Origin: a virus
Lineage: Duplodnaviria; Caudoviricetes
Reading direction: 5' to 3' (one strand)
IMG/VR virus record: IMGVR_UViG_3300001683_000002
Span: 1 to 57,829 of that record
Length of the DNA: 57,829 bases
Shown: one piece after another, positions 56,916 through 57,829 of the stretch
Numbering within the stretch: the stretch's first letter is position 1
How the letters are laid out: each line of letters starts with the position of its first letter
The notes under the pieces: model-generated
Told to the model about the DNA's origin: nothing
Database searches by the model: none
What the model saw: the letters and a program-made list of their open reading frames with translations, nothing else
Program-made: the position numbers and the translations under genes

Positions 56916-57829
56916 TGACAAAGAATTCTTAGACCTGGCAAGGGACGCGTATACAACAAGCGAAACCTATGTTGACTCATTTATGCGTAAGCAATGGGAA
57001 GACGGATTAAAACAATGGCAAGGTAAACACGCAACAGGCTCCAAGTATCTAGCAGAAGGATACCGTGGACGCTCACATTTATTTAGACCACGCACTAGAG
57101 CAGTAATACGTAAGAATGAGGCAGCAGCAGCAGCAGCGTTCTTTTCAACGTCAGACGTAGTCAATATATCACCTCAAGATGACTCAAACCCATTAGACAA
57201 GCTTACGGCTGAAATAATGGACAGCTTAGTCAACTACAGATTAAATAATACTATTCCTTGGTTCATGATCCTGAACGGTGCTTATCAGAGTGCCCAGGTA
57301 ATGGGTCAGGTGTGTAGTTACCAGTCGTGGAAGTACGAGAATGGCAAGGATGAGCCATGCATTGACCTACGACCAATAGAGAACATACGAATAGATCCAG
57401 CTTCAGATTGGCTAGATCCTGTGAATTCAAGCCCTTATATCATCGATTTAATCCCTATGTACGTAGGCGACATCGAAACAAAGATGAGAGTGCCTGATGA
57501 GAAGACAGGGGAACCAGAGTGGATAGATACAGATGAAAAGACATTATTAAGTGCTACCAATGAATATTGGGATAGTACACGCATGCAAAGGGAAGATAGA
57601 GGAGATAGTAAGTCTAATCTATATACTACAAACAACAAGTTTGCCACAGCATGGGTCAGACGTAACATTATTAAAGTAGACGGTCAAGACTGGGTATTCT
57701 ATACTCTGGGCAGTGAGCATTTACTAAGTAAGCCAAAGAAGCTAGAAGAAGTATACCATACAGGCGAGAGACCATATGTGATAGGTTCATGTATATTAGA
57801 GTCCAATAGATCAATGCCTTCTAGTGTCT
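56905..57829 (+). CDS. Portal protein, N-terminal part (continues through the circular join into 1-1230; ~687 aa in total)
   Basis: ATG at 56905 after AGGAG; open to the window end in the same frame as ORF 40..1230; follows terL and precedes scaffold/capsid; RSHLFRPRTRAVIR motif typical of podovirus-type portals. Confidence 0.8.
   Translation, partial: MALNDKEFLDLARDAYTTSETYVDSFMRKQWEDGLKQWQGKHATGSKYLAEGYRGRSHLFRPRTRAVIRKNEAAAAAAFFSTSDVVNISPQDDSNPLDKLTAEIMDSLVNYRLNNTIPWFMILNGAYQSAQVMGQVCSYQSWKYENGKDEPCIDLRPIENIRIDPASDWLDPVNSSPYIIDLIPMYVGDIETKMRVPDEKTGEPEWIDTDEKTLLSATNEYWDSTRMQREDRGDSKSNLYTTNNKFATAWVRRNIIKVDGQDWVFYTLGSEHLLSKPKKLEEVYHTGERPYVIGSCILESNRSMPSSV
57739..57829. repeat. Terminal direct repeat copy of 1-91
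   Basis: Exact 91-nt match to the window start. Confidence 0.97.

Noticed and set aside
1-57829. Alternative genetic code (stop-codon reassignment)
   Set aside because: Core genes are full-length under code 11, and TAA, TAG and TGA are all used as genuine stops

Overview
This window is an apparently complete, circularly assembled dsDNA tailed-phage genome of 57,738 bp; bases 1-91 are repeated exactly at 57739-57829, and the portal gene is split across that join. Layout: terS-terL-portal-scaffold-major capsid-adaptor (54356 round to 4910); about 15 tail/fibre-like genes (5098-22352), including an RCC1-type propeller and a tail-region protein with an inserted trypsin-like protease domain; and a 3770-aa polyvalent, probably ejected protein (23600-34912). 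A leftward early/accessory arm (34913-40499) carries an alpha/beta hydrolase, PhoH, a DEDD exonuclease and Sak. A rightward replication/accessory arm (40565-52726) carries an RHH regulator, a metallophosphoesterase, an SF2 helicase, a TOPRIM primase, SSB, VRR-NUC and a LOG-family protein, followed by lysis genes. I see no integrase, DNA or RNA polymerase, tape measure, tail sheath, CRISPR array or reverse transcriptase, so a podovirus-like phage relying on host polymerases is inferred. Most notable: (1) the giant protein looks cassette-built, with two ART-like domains sharing near-identical DNA flanks around divergent cores and a recurring x-L-[A/F/Y/Q]-S motif near domain borders; (2) a ~650-bp, heavily base-paired region with no credible ORF lies before the helicase; (3) a short promoter-terminator leader with an exposed anti-SD loop precedes the lysin; (4) an array of five membrane microproteins, three of them paralogous, was missed by the ORF track. 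All family calls come from reading motifs by eye, not from database searches.
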